From an uncultured Fibrobacterota bacterium (lineage in GTDB: Bacteria; Fibrobacterota; Chitinivibrionia; Chitinivibrionales; FEN-1185), in contig CAVSQB010000019.1 of assembly GCA_963729895.1 (NCBI GenBank), positions 1 to 64,000 of the forward strand: 64,000 bases of DNA, in the 5' to 3' direction. The notes below the pieces were generated by a model, which saw only the letters and a program-made list of their open reading frames with translations, did no database searches and was not told where the DNA came from. Of this stretch, positions 61,445-64,000 are shown one piece after another. The position numbers were made by a program, and so were the translations under genes. Within the stretch, counting starts at the first letter, position 1. Every line of letters begins with the position of its first letter.

Positions 61445-64000
61445 ATGATGCGAAGAGCATCGGTGTTAATCGCTTTAGCAGTTTTTGTGTTCACGCAGAG
61501 CGGCGCGGCACAAACGACCTATCAAGGCGAGCCGAGCAACCGGGTCAGGATCAACCTCGGCGCAACGTCCTGGAAACTCATCCAATCCGACCCTGTCGGC
61601 GCACAGGCATTGGCCTACAACGACGCGTCGGGAGTGGATGTGGGCCTTCCGCACAGCATGGGCCAGGATGCGATGTTTGGCAACACCGCCTCGGGCGGCA
61701 GTAGCGGGCCGGGCGGACCCTACTGGTACCGCAAGAAATTCAAGCTCGCTTCAGCCTTTGCGAATAAGAAGGTCTTCCTGGAAATCGAGGGCGCGCATCT
61801 CGGGTGCCAGGTCTATTTCAACGAACAATTGATGCCCACATCAAGCGCGGAGAATCCGCAGGCGACGCACGTGGTGGGATTTATCGGCACCATTCACGAC
61901 GTGACGAGCCTGGCGAAATTCGACGGGTCGGACAATATCGTGGCGATACGCGTCGGCATGGGGGGCGGATTCTTTGCCGACCCTGGTTTCTCCACGGTGT
62001 TCAGATTCGGGCAGGGCTGTGCCGGCGTTTTCAGGCCCGTGTGGCTGCACATCACCGATAAGGTCCATGTTCCTTCGAACGTCTATTCGAACCTCAAACA
62101 GTGGGGCACCTATGTTGCAACCACGTCGGTCGCCCCCGACCTCTCTTCGGCCATGGTGAGAATACTCACCAACGTCATGAACGAGAACGCGACCGACCAG
62201 ACCGTCACGCTCACCACCAAGATCGTTGATGCATCGAACAACAACGTCGTGGCCTCCAAAGAGGCGACCCATTTGATCCCGGCCGGCCAGACCTGGGAGT
62301 TCGACCAGACCGACACCATCGCCAATCCCAAGCTGTGGTGGCCCAACAACAGCATCTACGGCAAGCCCAACATGCACACGGTGTACCACATTGTCAAGGT
62401 GGGCGGCGCCACCGTCGACGTGTTTGAGAGCCCGCTGGGAATCCGCACCATCACCTGGGACAAGAACTTCCCGTACATCAACGGCAAGGTTCACCACCTG
62501 TACGGCGGCGCATCGCGCTACGACTATCCCGCGCTTGGCACAGCGCTGCCGCCCGGCATCGAGTTCAGGGACGCGAAGCTGATGGCCGACGTGGGCGGCA
62601 ACCTCTGGCGGCCCGGCCATTCGTCGTGCTCAATCGGGTTCGTAAACGCGTGCGACGCCTATGGCATCATGCTCATCGACCCGAGCGGCGAGGGCGAGGG
62701 TGCCTTCAGCGGCTCGTCGCCCGCCGACGCAAAGGGCACGCTCAAGTGCGAGCTCCACCGCGACATGATCATCCGCGACCGGAACCATCCCTCGCTACTT
62801 GCGTGGGAGGCGAGTAACGGCGACATGGCGCAGGCCATGGCCGACTCGCTCCGGGGCCTGTCGAACGTCTGGGACTCGCTTACTCCCAGGGCCCAGAACC
62901 TCCGGGGCGCTCCATTTGAAGAAGGCTTTGACGATCTGCATTCCTGCACCTTGACAGGGTGCGACGCACAGCAGAAGCCGTTCCATCCGGACTGGCCGTG
63001 GTGGGGCGCGGAATACTGGGGCTCCCCCACGTCGCGCTTCGCGTACGACTACCAGATCCAGTTTTCCGCGGGATTCCTGCACGACTGGGCCGGCGGCATC
63101 ACCAACAACTGCTTCGGCATAGCGCAGTGGTATTTTGCGGAGACGCCCGGCGAGGTCCAGACGTTCCTCGGCAGCACCCTCACCGCGCGCTCGTTCGGCT
63201 CCTCCATGTGCGATTTCAACCGCCTCCCGAAATTTCTCTATTATCAATATGGCGTGTGCTGGGTTCCCTACAGCCTGCAGCCGCGTATCGCGATCGCCAA
63301 CCATTGGAACCGGTCCGGCGGCGCCGTGCGGGTCGACGTGTGGAGCAACTGCCCGCAGGTGCGGCTCAGCGTGAACAATACCGTCGTCGGGACGCAGGCG
63401 CCCAACGGCAGGCTCGGTGCGGCCGGCGGCATATCCGACGTGAGCAACACCACCACGCAGCTGCCGTACCAGTGCACGTTCCAAAACGTGACCTGGGCCG
63501 CCGGCACGCTGAAGGCCGAGGGACTTGACTCAAGCGGAAACGCGGTCTGCACCGACCAGCAGATCACGGCCGGCGCGCCGGACCATGTCGTACTATGGGT
63601 CGACACCAACATGCAGCGGCCCGGCAACGTGAAGATCCCCATCACAGCCAACGGCACCGATGTCGCGCTTATCAAGGCCACCGTCGTCGACGCCAGCGGA
63701 AACTGGTGCCCCACTGCAGACGGGGTCGTCACCTGGAGCGTGACCGGACCCGCCACGTACCGCGGCGGTTCGGACCAGTTTGTAGGGGCGGGCGACGCCG
63801 GGTGGCACGCGCCGGGCGACCCGAACCTCAACATCGAGGGCGGCATGGCGATGGTGGCGGTGCGGTCGCAGTTTGCAACCGGGACCGTCACGGTGGGTGC
63901 AACGGTGGCGGGACTGCCGACTCCCTCGGCATCGGTTTCCTATGCTATCACGCCCGTTCTCGATATCGTGCGGACCGACACGCTCGCCGTCGGCGCCAGG
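61445..64000 (+). CDS. Secreted glycoside hydrolase family 2 protein (runs off window)
   Basis: Manual translation from ATG 61445: signal peptide, YWYRKKF, FLEIEGA, GVFRPVWL, GIRTITWD...INGK, RDRNHPSLLAW, Ig-like WAAGTLKAEG; no stop seen before the window end. Confidence 0.9.
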   Translation, partial: MMRRASVLIALAVFVFTQSGAAQTTYQGEPSNRVRINLGATSWKLIQSDPVGAQALAYNDASGVDVGLPHSMGQDAMFGNTASGGSSGPGGPYWYRKKFKLASAFANKKVFLEIEGAHLGCQVYFNEQLMPTSSAENPQATHVVGFIGTIHDVTSLAKFDGSDNIVAIRVGMGGGFFADPGFSTVFRFGQGCAGVFRPVWLHITDKVHVPSNVYSNLKQWGTYVATTSVAPDLSSAMVRILTNVMNENATDQTVTLTTKIVDASNNNVVASKEATHLIPAGQTWEFDQTDTIANPKLWWPNNSIYGKPNMHTVYHIVKVGGATVDVFESPLGIRTITWDKNFPYINGKVHHLYGGASRYDYPALGTALPPGIEFRDAKLMADVGGNLWRPGHSSCSIGFVNACDAYGIMLIDPSGEGEGAFSGSSPADAKGTLKCELHRDMIIRDRNHPSLLAWEASNGDMAQAMADSLRGLSNVWDSLTPRAQNLRGAPFEEGFDDLHSCTLTGCDAQQKPFHPDWPWWGAEYWGSPTSRFAYDYQIQFSAGFLHDWAGGITNNCFGIAQWYFAETPGEVQTFLGSTLTARSFGSSMCDFNRLPKFLYYQYGVCWVPYSLQPRIAIANHWNRSGGAVRVDVWSNCPQVRLSVNNTVVGTQAPNGRLGAAGGISDVSNTTTQLPYQCTFQNVTWAAGTLKAEGLDSSGNAVCTDQQITAGAPDHVVLWVDTNMQRPGNVKIPITANGTDVALIKATVVDASGNWCPTADGVVTWSVTGPATYRGGSDQFVGAGDAGWHAPGDPNLNIEGGMAMVAVRSQFATGTVTVGATVAGLPTPSASVSYAITPVLDIVRTDTLAVGAR

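Overview
Bacterial chromosome segment with GC-rich coding regions. Gene style (giant TPR protein, FecR plus beta-barrel proteins, secreted GH2 and other exported proteins) suggests Fibrobacterota/Chitinivibrionia; this is inference only. Core genes: ppdK, FKBP PPIase, thpR, nnr, nadC-birA-coaX, hisD, gatB, miaB, pgpA, recR-ybaB-dnaX with upstream SRP RNA, tRNA-Cys, tRNA-Gly, malic enzyme, split fumarase. Accessory content: (1) an 11-gene divergent ACP-dependent type II FAS/PKS-like cluster (15.7-24.8 kb) with a B12 radical SAM enzyme, a DarB-like KAS III with non-canonical catalytic residues, beta-oxidation-type dehydrogenase and hydratases in place of FabG/FabZ, and two AcpS-like proteins; (2) three related, highly structured non-coding elements (26.2, 28.4, 60.9 kb), two of which bracket a deleted type IIG R-M gene and an orphan XRE gene next to tRNA-Cys; (3) two IS5-family elements, one splitting a zinc-metallopeptidase lipoprotein gene; (4) a 2598-aa TPR protein with six 273-aa super-repeats; (5) an outer-membrane protein/TPR lipoprotein/Ser-Thr kinase/FHA-GAF-sigma54 activator locus; (6) a likely dnaX A10 slippage site; (7) several pseudogenes. 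All calls come from reading motifs; no database searches were run.
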